Both the position numbers and the translations under genes were made by a program. Shown here piece after piece: positions 1 through 9,247 of a stretch of 52,634 bases of DNA. The stretch's first letter is position 1; each line of letters opens with the position of its first letter. Under the pieces are notes generated by a model that worked only from the letters and a program-made list of their open reading frames with translations, had not been told where the DNA came from and made no database searches. The DNA lies in contig CAILIB010000033.1 in NCBI GenBank assembly GCA_903834195.1, forward strand, positions 1 to 52,634. Direction: 5' to 3'. This DNA is from an uncultured Candidatus Berkelbacteria bacterium. Lineage in GTDB: Bacteria; Patescibacteriota; UBA1384; CAILIB01.

Positions 1-2
1 AT

Positions 3-581
3 CAGTTAAAAGAAAGTTCACAACATGCTAGTGGAGAACATTATACTTTTTCGTGCTATATTCCAACCGATCTGCGACAAAAACTTGAGCCAATTACTCA
101 GTTACTCGCTGAATTAGATCCAACGCTAATTTTAAATGTGCCAGATTTGTACCACCTTACTGTGTACTGGTGCTCAATGGCAACTGATATTGAACGATTA
201 ATCGAAATCTTTACTGAACAGCTTCGGAAAGAATCACTTCAGTTTTCAATGCATGGGATAATAGCTGCTCAATTTGGTATTAGTTGTAAAGCGTACCCGT
301 TAAATAATTCATTTCTTCAGTTACGCGAAGCTTTGACTATTGAAACAAGGCAGGAGCTGCCACGAAATTCAGATGGTAGTTACCATGAGCGAGCTGTTTC
401 AACCTGGATAAATTTAGCTCGTTATACCCAGCCACCTAAAACAGAGTTGCGTTCATATATTAATTCAGTGCTAGATCTTGATTTTGGAGTGTTTACTCCG
501 GCAGAAATCGGTGTGTATATCTCAAATAATAAGTACCTCAAAGACCCTACACTAATACGAATGATTTCTAACAGCAAATGA
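3..581 (+). CDS. Partial CDS (5' end outside window): 2H-phosphoesterase (LigT / 2'-5' RNA ligase-like) fold protein with a degenerate second HxT motif
   Basis: The frame of ORF 138..581 stays open to the left edge (QLKESSQHASGEHYTFSCYIPTDLRQKLEPITQLLAEL...LYHLTVYW). Strand-helix-HLTV follows the LigT N-terminal order. The position of the second motif reads WINLAR instead of HxTLAR. Confidence 0.35.
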   Translation, partial: QLKESSQHASGEHYTFSCYIPTDLRQKLEPITQLLAELDPTLILNVPDLYHLTVYWCSMATDIERLIEIFTEQLRKESLQFSMHGIIAAQFGISCKAYPLNNSFLQLREALTIETRQELPRNSDGSYHERAVSTWINLARYTQPPKTELRSYINSVLDLDFGVFTPAEIGVYISNNKYLKDPTLIRMISNSK

Positions 582-1492
582 ATTGGCACCTGTTTGCATT
601 TATCGCTCCGGCGCTCTGGGCAATCTGTAACTACCTCGATAAGTACGTTTTGACACGCTATTTCAAAGACGAAAATAGTACAGGTGTTCTCCTGATTGTG
701 AGTGGTTTTGCGGCGGCAGTTTCAGCACTTATTATTCTCATTGCTGGAGTAAATGTTACTGATCCGAGCATTTGGTTTAGGTTGATCATGTTAGGTAATG
801 GCATGCTTTTTGTTGCGGCTTTTTACCCATATTTTTATGCCCTCCGTGAAGAAGATGCGTCAGTGGTTGTGCCGGTATACCAAACCATTCCGGTTTTTGG
901 CTATATACTTGGACTAATATTCTTGAATGAGCATTTAAATCCTTTACAGATTTTTGGTGGGTTAATCATTATTATTGGCGCCATTGGCTTATCAATTAAT
1001 TTTAGAGGGAAAATCAAAATTAAGAGTCGTCCGCTTCTCCTTATGCTTTTTTCGGCTTTTCTTTTAGCAGTTGGAAATCTCATTTTCAAGAAAGTGGCAC
1101 TTCAAGAGTCTTATTGGGTGACAAACTTTTGGGAGTATTTAGGCTCTGGTTTATTTGGCCTTATTCTCTTTACTTGGAACACTTCGTACCGCAGGGGGTT
1201 TATTTACCTTATTACAAAAAAGCAGGTTGTTTTTGCACTTAGTGGGATACAGGAAGCCTTTAATGTAGCGGGGAATTTAATGTCCACGTTTGCAATCTTA
1301 CTTGCACCTATGGCGTTGGTTTCAGTCGTAGTTAACGGACTTCAGCCATTTTACATTTTTATCTTCGGCATTATTCTCACGTTGTTGTTACCAAAGTATT
1401 TTAAAGAGAAAATTGAGAAACAAGATTTGATTCAGAAGTTTATCTGTATCATGATTATTTTTGGCGGCACTGTGTTACTTGCCGTATCCTAG
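578..1492 (+). CDS. EamA/DMT-family permease (10-TM drug/metabolite transporter)
   Basis: 304 aa made of two internally similar halves of 5 hydrophobic helices each. ATGA start/stop overlap with the upstream gene. Confidence 0.75.
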   Translation: MNWHLFAFIAPALWAICNYLDKYVLTRYFKDENSTGVLLIVSGFAAAVSALIILIAGVNVTDPSIWFRLIMLGNGMLFVAAFYPYFYALREEDASVVVPVYQTIPVFGYILGLIFLNEHLNPLQIFGGLIIIIGAIGLSINFRGKIKIKSRPLLLMLFSAFLLAVGNLIFKKVALQESYWVTNFWEYLGSGLFGLILFTWNTSYRRGFIYLITKKQVVFALSGIQEAFNVAGNLMSTFAILLAPMALVSVVVNGLQPFYIFIFGIILTLLLPKYFKEKIEKQDLIQKFICIMIIFGGTVLLAVS

Positions 1493-1493
1493 T

Positions 1494-2528
1494 TTAATCC
1501 TCACTTACAGGAATGGTTCTGGGGCGAAAAATCAACTGAATTGATGAAGCACTTTCAGAATCAATGCCTTCCTCATACAACTTTTGAGCAATTAAATAGC
1601 AGACAATACACTCTGAGCCAGCATTTTCAGATAGACCGTCTGCATGAATACCATCAAAGACACGTTCTTTCTTGGTATCAATAAGTGGGATTCCAGCTGT
1701 ATTCCATCCCCAAAACCAACCCATCTGACGCTCAATTTCTTTTTTGTATCGAACATCATTTTTTAATGAAAATGCGTAGGCGTTTGCAATCGCTAAGTAC
1801 GCTGGGTCAATAGGTTGCTGATTGTACAGTGCTTTAGGTTCACCATGTGAAAACCAACCTTCATTACCAATTGGACAGGGGATTCCATTATGTGAACAGG
1901 TTGAATTGAGAAATTTAAGCATTTCCCAACCACGCGGATCGCGCTTATTTGCAATCAATGCTGCAAGCGGGATTATAGCGTTAGCATAGGTGAGTGTGTG
2001 CTCAGGCCATGGCCACCAATGGGTGGAGTGAGCTTTCCAGGCTTTCTCAAACTCCTGTTCAAAGCGCTGAACCATGTAGTCGTCACCGGTTAGTGCTCCA
2101 TAAGCAAGTGGTCGCAGATCGTGACTTTTCGTAATAAACGGAGCAATGTGGCTCTTTATTTCAAATAAGCCCTTAAATTCAATATTAGAATCCTCTGCTA
2201 TACTTAATGCCCAATAGGTTTCACCAAGTGCATCCGGAGAATAAGAGCGTTTAACAACGGGTTTTTTGTGTTGATCGTAAAAATTGAATGGTTCAGGCTT
2301 GTGCATGCAGCATGTCCTGATAAAACTCACATATTTATGTGCAAGTTCAACTTCTTCAAAGAGAATGGCTGCAATTAAGCCACGCGCTGCATCGTCCAGT
2401 GAATATCCATGATTCACGTCTATAACATCTTTAAGAGTATGCTGAGCAATACTAAAATCGTCAGTCAATGCGTGTAGGTACGCAGTGCCTATATGACCAA
2501 TCTTAACTGATTGCGGGCGTGAGGCCAT
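1494..2528 (-). CDS. Conserved hypothetical protein co-transcribed with the GT4 glycosyltransferase (possible glycan-processing enzyme)
   Basis: 344-aa ORF with a Trp/aromatic-rich soluble sequence (HWWPWPEHTLTYANA, MGWFWGWNTAG). Its start overlaps the end of the upstream GT4 gene by 26 nt. Confidence 0.5.
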   Translation of the reverse strand: MASRPQSVKIGHIGTAYLHALTDDFSIAQHTLKDVIDVNHGYSLDDAARGLIAAILFEEVELAHKYVSFIRTCCMHKPEPFNFYDQHKKPVVKRSYSPDALGETYWALSIAEDSNIEFKGLFEIKSHIAPFITKSHDLRPLAYGALTGDDYMVQRFEQEFEKAWKAHSTHWWPWPEHTLTYANAIIPLAALIANKRDPRGWEMLKFLNSTCSHNGIPCPIGNEGWFSHGEPKALYNQQPIDPAYLAIANAYAFSLKNDVRYKKEIERQMGWFWGWNTAGIPLIDTKKERVFDGIHADGLSENAGSECIVCYLIAQKLYEEGIDSESASSIQLIFRPRTIPVSED

Positions 2529-3699
2529 TTAACTCCTGAATTATGCGGAATAAGAGTAGGTAGCGTTCGGCAACAAGGGGCCATGACATGCGTCGTCCAA
2601 TAGCATAGGCCTTGTTTTCTAAACTTGCTTGGTAGGATGGGTCGCTGAGAATGCGCAAAACTGCTTTCTCAATACTTATACTATCTTTATATTCGATAAA
2701 AACACCAGTACCATTAGCAAGGATTTCCCGGGCGTACACAAAAGGAGTTGAAACACAGGCTTTTCCCATGCCCAAAGCATAGGCCAACGTTCCTGAAGCT
2801 ATTTGTTCTGAGTTAAGGTGTGGAGTTAAATAAATGTCGCATGCTTCGTAGTATGAGAGGAGTTCATCTAGGCTCAGATACCGATCAATAAACTGAATAT
2901 TATCGTGAACTCCTAATTCATCAATCAATTGTTTCAATCCATCTCGGTACACTTCGCCGTGATTTTTAATAATTTCAGGATGGGTTTGCCCAGCAATGAC
3001 AAAGAGAATATCTGGAAATTGTTCCTTAATCGCTGGAAGAGCACGGATTACGTAGTCGAGACCCTTATCAGGATTGAGTAAGCCGGTCATAAGGAGAACA
3101 TGCCTGTTTTCCCAGCCGTATTTAACCTTATCAGCTTTGGTAGCCTTAGCTCGGTCAGCTACTCCGTGGTGAATAACCACAACTTGATCAGGGTTTATTC
3201 CGTAGATTTCTTCAAGCTGCTCTTTGGCGTCAGGGGTCATGGCGACAACGGCTTGGGAAAGTTTGGCTAAACGAAAAAGTACATCGCGTTGCTGATCAGT
3301 TGGGCTTTTAAGAATGGTGTGCAACGTAATGATAAGCGGTTGGCGAATGCGGCCAATCAGCTTAAATATATATTCACTATTATCACCGCCGTAGAGACCA
3401 TACTCATGTTGCAGGCAAATAATGTCGGCGGTAGTGTGGTTGATAAACTTGGCGGCATCTTCGTAATTAGGAAGATCGTCGCGGTTTATCTGGTAGACAA
3501 CCTCTGGAGGATACTCGTAATGCTCATTGTTATTTACCGCAACAATTTGAGCGTTACTCTGAGGATTGAGGTCGTTTATGGCTTTGGTGAGATCTTTTGC
3601 AAACGTGGCGATGCCGCACTTCCGAGGTAAGTAGCTCGAGATAAACAGGAGATTAATCGGGTTTTGGTGAATATCCAGTATCCGATTGAGTTTGCTCAT
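2503..3699 (-). CDS. Glycosyltransferase family 4 (group 1, GT-B fold)
   Basis: 398 aa. N-terminal half LFISSYLPRKCGIATFAKDL and C-terminal Rossmann half (LLMTGLLNPDKGLDYVIRA, DIYLTPH, GKACVSTP) are typical of GT4 enzymes. Confidence 0.8.
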   Translation of the reverse strand: MSKLNRILDIHQNPINLLFISSYLPRKCGIATFAKDLTKAINDLNPQSNAQIVAVNNNEHYEYPPEVVYQINRDDLPNYEDAAKFINHTTADIICLQHEYGLYGGDNSEYIFKLIGRIRQPLIITLHTILKSPTDQQRDVLFRLAKLSQAVVAMTPDAKEQLEEIYGINPDQVVVIHHGVADRAKATKADKVKYGWENRHVLLMTGLLNPDKGLDYVIRALPAIKEQFPDILFVIAGQTHPEIIKNHGEVYRDGLKQLIDELGVHDNIQFIDRYLSLDELLSYYEACDIYLTPHLNSEQIASGTLAYALGMGKACVSTPFVYAREILANGTGVFIEYKDSISIEKAVLRILSDPSYQASLENKAYAIGRRMSWPLVAERYLLLFRIIQELNGLTPAIS

Positions 3700-3790
3700 A
3701 CCTTATGAGTACCACGGTAGTAGGTATATAGCAAGAAAAAACGTAGGGTGTATGCCAAATGTCTTAGGGTTGTAAGGCGTTTGGTATGCC

Positions 3791-3814
3791 GGTAAGGCAC
3801 GATTGTGCCTTACC
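3791..3814 (-). terminator. Perfect 10-bp stem hairpin downstream of the 104-aa membrane protein gene (no U-tract)
   Basis: GGTAAGGCAC-gatt-GTGCCTTACC, 11 nt beyond the stop at 3825. No T-run on the minus strand, so function as an intrinsic terminator is uncertain. Confidence 0.3.
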
Positions 3815-3824
3815 GTTAATTTGA

Positions 3825-4139
3825 TTAGTTCAGCTCTCTCTGTTTTTCAATTTGTCCTATTCTCATGAAAGTAACAAGTATTGCTACAGACGATAAATAG
3901 AGCCAAGGTCCGTGTTTGTATTTTTCCTGAATCAGTAGTATACAAGTTAGCGCAACCATAATAGAAAAAAGTTTTCTCATAGTTTGAGCAGGTGGAACTT
4001 TTGAGAATTCGGCAACTTTGTGGGAATTAAATCCCAAAAGTGTAAAAACCGGAATGAGTAGTATTACAGAAATCGTAACATTACCATAATACGAAGTTAA
4101 AAGGGCGATTGCGCTGAGCGCAATAAGTGCAAGGTTCAT
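3825..4139 (-). CDS. Small integral membrane protein (3 predicted TM helices)
   Basis: 104 aa, almost entirely hydrophobic segments. No recognisable motif. Confidence 0.5.
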   Translation of the reverse strand: MNLALIALSAIALLTSYYGNVTISVILLIPVFTLLGFNSHKVAEFSKVPPAQTMRKLFSIMVALTCILLIQEKYKHGPWLYLSSVAILVTFMRIGQIEKQRELN

Positions 4140-4204
4140 AAACGCCTCCAGTGCGCTGAAAATCTAGCGAAACAGTAGCATATATCGCGATTATTTTCAA
4201 GTCT

Positions 4205-5317
4205 CTAAGCTTGAGTTGTCTCTTTTGGCATCACTTGAATATCATCACCGAGCTCTTGCTCGATAATACGCATGCGAGAACGATCTTCCGGAGTAACAAA
4301 TGTGATAGCGTGACCTTTGGCACCTGCGCGACCAGTTCGGCCAATACGGTGAAGGTAGGTTTCGTAATCACGGGGAACATCATAGTTAACTACCAAAGCG
4401 ATAGTTGGAACGTCAATACCGCGTGAACCTAGGTCTGTGGTAATAAGAACTCGGTAGGTACGCTTACGGAAACCATCAATAGCTTCGGTACGTCCGGCAG
4501 CGGTACGGTCACCATGAAGTCCAGCTACACTGAACTTTGCTTCGCGCATGGCGTGGTACAGCATCTGGGCAGATCGCTTGTTGGCGGCAAAAACGAGCAC
4601 TTTACCGTGAGTATTGTGGATAAGTCGAGTGAGGAGGGCGATACGACGCGTAGAACCAATCAGACATACCTCTTGTTTAATCAGTGAAGTGTCTTGGTGT
4701 TCGTCGTTAATTTTGACCGTAATGGCATCAGGGGCGTAGCGTGCCACAAGACGTTCAACTCGACTAGACATAGTTGCAGAGAACATTAGAGTCTGGCGGG
4801 TTTTAGGACTGCGGTCCAAAATACGTTCAATCTGTGGTGCAAAACCTGAGTCAAGCATTCGGTCGGCCTCATCCAGAACTATTGAGGTTACTTCAGTTAA
4901 ATTAAGTGTTTTGCCATCCAAGTGTTCGTTTAATCGACCTGGTGTAGCAATAATAATCCGTGGCTTAGTTTTGAGTGATTTAACCTGGTTTTCAATTGGA
5001 ACGCCATTAATTAAAACTGAGGGGTTCATTTTTGGAATCCCTTTGCCGACTCGACGAAAACTTTTATCGAGCTGCATAGCAAGTTCTCGGGTTGGAGCTA
5101 GTATTAACACAACTCCTTCGACAGTTAAGAGTCGCTCAATAAGCGCAAGTGCAAAGGCAAACGTCTTACCAGTTCCGGTATGTGACACACCAACAAGGTT
5201 AGCCCCAGTGAGAATCACGGGGATGGTTTGCTCCTGAATTGGAGTAGGTGTGGTGAGGCCTTCATTCTCTAGGTTGAGGAGGAGGGGTTGGGATAATCCG
5301 GTTTCGGCAAACGTCAT
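4205..5317 (-). CDS. DEAD-box ATP-dependent RNA helicase (minimal two-RecA core, no C-terminal extension)
   Basis: Q motif (TPTPIQEQ), motif I SHTGTGKTFAF, PTRELA, DEAD (VLDEADRML), SAT (FSAT), HRIGRTGRAG. Confidence 0.92.
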   Translation of the reverse strand: MTFAETGLSQPLLLNLENEGLTTPTPIQEQTIPVILTGANLVGVSHTGTGKTFAFALALIERLLTVEGVVLILAPTRELAMQLDKSFRRVGKGIPKMNPSVLINGVPIENQVKSLKTKPRIIIATPGRLNEHLDGKTLNLTEVTSIVLDEADRMLDSGFAPQIERILDRSPKTRQTLMFSATMSSRVERLVARYAPDAITVKINDEHQDTSLIKQEVCLIGSTRRIALLTRLIHNTHGKVLVFAANKRSAQMLYHAMREAKFSVAGLHGDRTAAGRTEAIDGFRKRTYRVLITTDLGSRGIDVPTIALVVNYDVPRDYETYLHRIGRTGRAGAKGHAITFVTPEDRSRMRIIEQELGDDIQVMPKETTQA

Positions 5318-5448
5318 ATAATGAAAGAGTGGTAAAGGATGTTAGTCTAGCAGAAAAATGCCTCCAGGTCACGTGATCTGATAAATTTTATATTTCTGGT
5401 GGCCTGTTTCTGTTAATATACATGCATACATATTAAATATTTCTACTA

Positions 5449-6120
5449 ATGAATATTCAGATTTTATACGGAAAAGAAGGTGCTGACCTTGCAGTTGGAA
5501 CCACTGTAGTCGTAGATGTATTCCGTGCAGCTACAGTTGCATCATATGCTTTTCAAAGTGGGGCTGAATATATAATTCCAGTTGCCGATCAAGTTGAAGC
5601 CTTTGCACTCCGTGAAGAACATCCTGAATATATTCTTATGGGTGAACACAGGGGAGTAAAGATTGAAGGATTTGATTTTGGAAATTCTCCGTTTGATATT
5701 TCACAAGCTGATTTAACTGGAAAAGTGGTTGTTCAACGCACTGGTTCGGGTACACAAGGACTAGTTCGGGCAACTGGCGCAAGTACAATCTTTTTTGGCG
5801 GATTTCCAACCCTTTCCGCTACCGCACAAAAAGTGCGCGAATGTGGTATTGAAACTGTTTCAATTATTGCAATGGAAGGTGAGGGAGCTGAGGATGATAT
5901 ATATGCTAAAAGCCTACGAGCTGTACTTCTTGGTGAAATCCCTAAGTGGGATGAAGTAGCTGAACAGCTACATGGCTTGCTTAATGCACAGCGATTTTTC
6001 AGGCCTGAAATTATTAGTTCACCAAGAGAAGATTTTGATCTCTGTAGTGGAGTGGATACCTTACCATTTGCAGTTAAGTTGCTTCACAAAGCAGGTAATC
6101 TGCAATTAATCCGTGTATAA
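5449..6120 (+). CDS. 2-phosphosulfolactate phosphatase (ComB) family protein
   Basis: 223 aa. N-terminal VVVDVFRAATVAS matches the ComB-family signature (vviDvlRatst). Length is typical. Confidence 0.65.
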   Translation: MNIQILYGKEGADLAVGTTVVVDVFRAATVASYAFQSGAEYIIPVADQVEAFALREEHPEYILMGEHRGVKIEGFDFGNSPFDISQADLTGKVVVQRTGSGTQGLVRATGASTIFFGGFPTLSATAQKVRECGIETVSIIAMEGEGAEDDIYAKSLRAVLLGEIPKWDEVAEQLHGLLNAQRFFRPEIISSPREDFDLCSGVDTLPFAVKLLHKAGNLQLIRV

Positions 6121-6150
6121 TCTCAGTGATCAGTAACCGTAAAGGAAACA

Positions 6151-6840
6151 ATGAGTACTCAAACGCCAGTCTTGGCAACTGAACATTTGAAAAAGATCTA
6201 TGGGAAAGGTGAATCTATTTTTACTGCCCTGGAGTCTATTAATATTGAAATCAAAAAAGGCGAAAGCATCGCCATTTTAGGAAAAAGTGGGTCGGGAAAA
6301 TCGACGTTAATGCACATTTTGGCGCTTCTCGACACTCCAACCGAAGGTGTTGTATCGGTAGACGGTACTGATGCTTCTAAGTTATCGGTTAAAAAACTCG
6401 ACATATTGCGCAACAAGCAATTTGGCTTTGTCTTTCAACAGTTTTTCTTGAACGCTAATCAAACTGTTTTAGAGAATGTGATTTTACCGCTCAAAATTGC
6501 TGGAGTTTCAGCAAAAGAGCGTACAAAACGCGGTATGGAAGTGCTTAAATCAGTAGAACTTGAAGAAAAAGCTCAAAATAAGGCCAACGATTTATCAGGT
6601 GGACAAAAGCAGCGAGTTGTTATTGCTCGTGCGCTCGTAAATGAGCCACAAGTCATTTTTGCAGATGAACCTACAGGTAACCTAGATAGTGTTACCGGTG
6701 CTGCAATTCAAAAGATGTTATTCACACTGAACAAAGAGCGAGGCATTACACTAATTATTGTCACCCATGACCATGAATTGGCTGCAAAATGTGATCGACT
6801 CTTAGAAATTCATGACGGTACGTTAGTAAAAGGAGCGTAA
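6151..6840 (+). CDS. ABC transporter ATP-binding protein (MacB/LolD/FtsE-like)
   Basis: Walker [10 protein letters not shown], signature LSGGQKQR, Walker B IFADEPT, H-loop VTHD. Confidence 0.92.
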   Translation: MSTQTPVLATEHLKKIYGKGESIFTALESINIEIKKGESIAILGKSGSGKSTLMHILALLDTPTEGVVSVDGTDASKLSVKKLDILRNKQFGFVFQQFFLNANQTVLENVILPLKIAGVSAKERTKRGMEVLKSVELEEKAQNKANDLSGGQKQRVVIARALVNEPQVIFADEPTGNLDSVTGAAIQKMLFTLNKERGITLIIVTHDHELAAKCDRLLEIHDGTLVKGA

Positions 6841-8145
6841 ATGAAATTAACCGACATCCTCAAAACTGCCAGCGAAAATATTTGGCAGAGTAAATTGCGC
6901 ACTTTTCTCACCATTATTGCCATTTTTATTGGTGCATTTACCCTAACACTCACAACTGGAATTGGTGCGGGAATTTCACAGTATATTGATGGACAAGTAA
7001 GTAGTATTGGTGCCAAGAATGTTCTGTTAATCTCCGGCAAAGCACAAAGCTCTACAACAACAGGAAATTCTACTGACCCACAAAAATACGACCCGAATAA
7101 ACTCACCTCTGCACAGCGACAAGGTCCTCCAGGGGATACGGTAGTGTTGTTAACCGATACTGATATTCAGAAATTAAAGTCTGTACCTGGTATTGTCGAT
7201 GTTCGTCCGCAGCAAAGTGTATCTCCGAGCTATATTCTTGGTCCAAGCGGACAAAAATATATTCTGTCGGTATCCGAATATATAGATGGAACAAATGTTG
7301 CGATGAATTCGGGAGTAATTCCTAGTAATACAGCAACGACGACACAAATTGCTGTGCCATATAACTATTCATCAGTGCTTGGTTTTGCAAGTTATGCTGA
7401 TGCTGTTGGAAAGACTGTAACCATAGGTATTTCTGACGCGAATGGCCTCATTTCAGAGGTTTCTGCAACAATCACAGGTGTGCCTCAGAAGAGTTTGATT
7501 GGGTCTGCGGGTGCAAGTATAAATACTGAACTGTTTAATAAGCTATATGCGATTCAAAGTGTCGGGTTAAGTGCTAATTCGCTGAATAAATTTAATGGAG
7601 CAATTGCCCACTTTGACGCAAGTTACACCGATGCTCAAATTACCGACCTAAAAAGTCGATTGGATAAAGATGGGTATACTGGTGAAACGTATGCTGATCG
7701 TATTGCAACAGTGAAGCAGGTGATTAGTGCCATTGTTATTGTATTCGATGCCTTCGCAGTAATTGCTCTTCTTGCTGCCAGCTTTGGAGTAATTAATACA
7801 TTACTCATGTCGGTACAGGAACGTACAAAAGAAATTGGCTTAATGAAGGCGATGGGAATGGGTCGTAGTCAGATCTTCTTCCTCTTTAGTTCAGAAGCTG
7901 TTCTGCTTGGGTTCTGGGGAAGTTTCCTTGGAGTTCTTGCAGCAATGGGTGTTGGTCAAATCATTAATCGGGTGGCGACACATGGATTTTTGAAGGATTT
8001 TGAAGGTCTCCACCTCCTCGCATTCCCAATTACCAATGTGCTCTATATTATTATTGGTATCATGTTTATCGCTTTCCTAGCCGGTACTTTGCCTGCACGA
8101 CGTGCTTCAGGACTTAATCCAATTGATGCACTGCGCTATGAATAG
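6841..8145 (+). CDS. ABC transporter permease, FtsX/MacB type
   Basis: 434 aa: N-terminal TM, about 260-aa extracytoplasmic domain, three C-terminal TM helices. Starts immediately after the ATPase stop (TAA-ATG). Confidence 0.85.
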   Translation: MKLTDILKTASENIWQSKLRTFLTIIAIFIGAFTLTLTTGIGAGISQYIDGQVSSIGAKNVLLISGKAQSSTTTGNSTDPQKYDPNKLTSAQRQGPPGDTVVLLTDTDIQKLKSVPGIVDVRPQQSVSPSYILGPSGQKYILSVSEYIDGTNVAMNSGVIPSNTATTTQIAVPYNYSSVLGFASYADAVGKTVTIGISDANGLISEVSATITGVPQKSLIGSAGASINTELFNKLYAIQSVGLSANSLNKFNGAIAHFDASYTDAQITDLKSRLDKDGYTGETYADRIATVKQVISAIVIVFDAFAVIALLAASFGVINTLLMSVQERTKEIGLMKAMGMGRSQIFFLFSSEAVLLGFWGSFLGVLAAMGVGQIINRVATHGFLKDFEGLHLLAFPITNVLYIIIGIMFIAFLAGTLPARRASGLNPIDALRYE

Positions 8146-8188
8146 GAGTTCTCAGCAAACTTTAAGCGTCGTTTTGTATAGTTAATGC

Positions 8189-9247
8189 ATGAAACGATAC
8201 ATAGTCACCGACGTTACATATACAACTCCTGATGTACTAACGCTCACCATGCGGGCAAAATCTGCTCGAGATGTGTTTGAGTACACACCAGGCCAATACG
8301 CAGCAATTGGTTTTCGCGTACATGGCAGGCCAACCCCAATGCGCTGTTTTTCTATCCTAAGTGCTCCACATAATCAGGGTGTACTTCAGTTTGGAATTCG
8401 TATTGGTGGCGATTACACACAGCGCTTAGCTCACCTTAAAGTTGGTGAAACAGTATCTGTGCGCGGTCCATTCGGCAACTTCGTTATTGATCCGCAGTAC
8501 GATCGAAGTGTAGTTATGCTTGCAGGTGGAATCGGCGTTACACCATTCCTTAGCATGATTCGCAGTGCAACTTCACGTGGATCTAAAATTCCTCTTACAC
8601 TTCTCTATAGTTGTCAAAATCAAGAGAATATCCCATTTCTTGGAGATCTTCTTGAACTAGAACGACAAAACCCAAATTTCAACCTCCAGATATTTATCAC
8701 TTCTGGAGATAGTACGCCAATGCCTGGTGTAAAGATTTCACGAGGACGTATTAATGGTGCCACGCTTGGTTCAATGGTTGGAAATCGTCTGAACGGGCAT
8801 ACATTCTTTGTTTGTGGACCTGGTGGTTTTATCACCGGAATGACTGATTTGCTTATTTCTAAAAGTGTCCGACCAGAGTGTATTGTGAGTGAAGCTTTTT
8901 CACAAAAGGTTGCAGATCAATCTTTGAATGGGTCACTTAGTTCTACCTCCAAAGTCTATTGGCTAAGTACTGCGGCTACAGTTGTGGGTATTACTGGAAT
9001 TATGATGCTCGATTTAATGCGTGCAGTTCCTAAGATTGCGAGTGCTCAGGCTGCACAAGTCTCACAGGATGTTTCTACTGCAGTTGTGGCTGCTACGCCT
9101 GACCCAACTCCTATTCCTACTGCTACACCATATACATCTAGTAATGCAGTTGTAAGCACTCCAGCTCCAACTCCAACCGCTACACCAATGGTGTATCAAG
9201 CACCTGTAGTACAAACGTATCGTCAGCCAATTACATCTGTTTCGTGA
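8189..9247 (+). CDS. FNR-family FAD/NAD(P)H oxidoreductase with C-terminal TM anchor and Pro/Thr-rich tail
   Basis: RCFSILS (RxYS-type FAD site), GGIGVTPF, CGPGGF. Followed by the hydrophobic helix WLSTAATVVGITGIMMLDL and a PT-rich tail (ATPDPTPIPTATP...TPAPTPTATP). Confidence 0.8.
   Translation: MKRYIVTDVTYTTPDVLTLTMRAKSARDVFEYTPGQYAAIGFRVHGRPTPMRCFSILSAPHNQGVLQFGIRIGGDYTQRLAHLKVGETVSVRGPFGNFVIDPQYDRSVVMLAGGIGVTPFLSMIRSATSRGSKIPLTLLYSCQNQENIPFLGDLLELERQNPNFNLQIFITSGDSTPMPGVKISRGRINGATLGSMVGNRLNGHTFFVCGPGGFITGMTDLLISKSVRPECIVSEAFSQKVADQSLNGSLSSTSKVYWLSTAATVVGITGIMMLDLMRAVPKIASAQAAQVSQDVSTAVVAATPDPTPIPTATPYTSSNAVVSTPAPTPTATPMVYQAPVVQTYRQPITSVS

Noticed and set aside
39-50. HYTF near the left edge as the first HxT motif of the 2H fold.
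   Set aside because: It lies only about 35 residues before HLTV, whereas the two motifs are normally about 80 residues apart. It aligns better with the first beta-strand (rlFiAl) of LigT-like proteins.
8750-8776. RINGATLGS in the FNR-like protein as an ApbE flavinylation site.
   Set aside because: Only the G-A-T core matches. The usual context (D-x-x-S/T-G-A-T/S within an FMN_bind, NqrC or RnfG fold) is missing, and the segment lies inside the NAD-binding domain.
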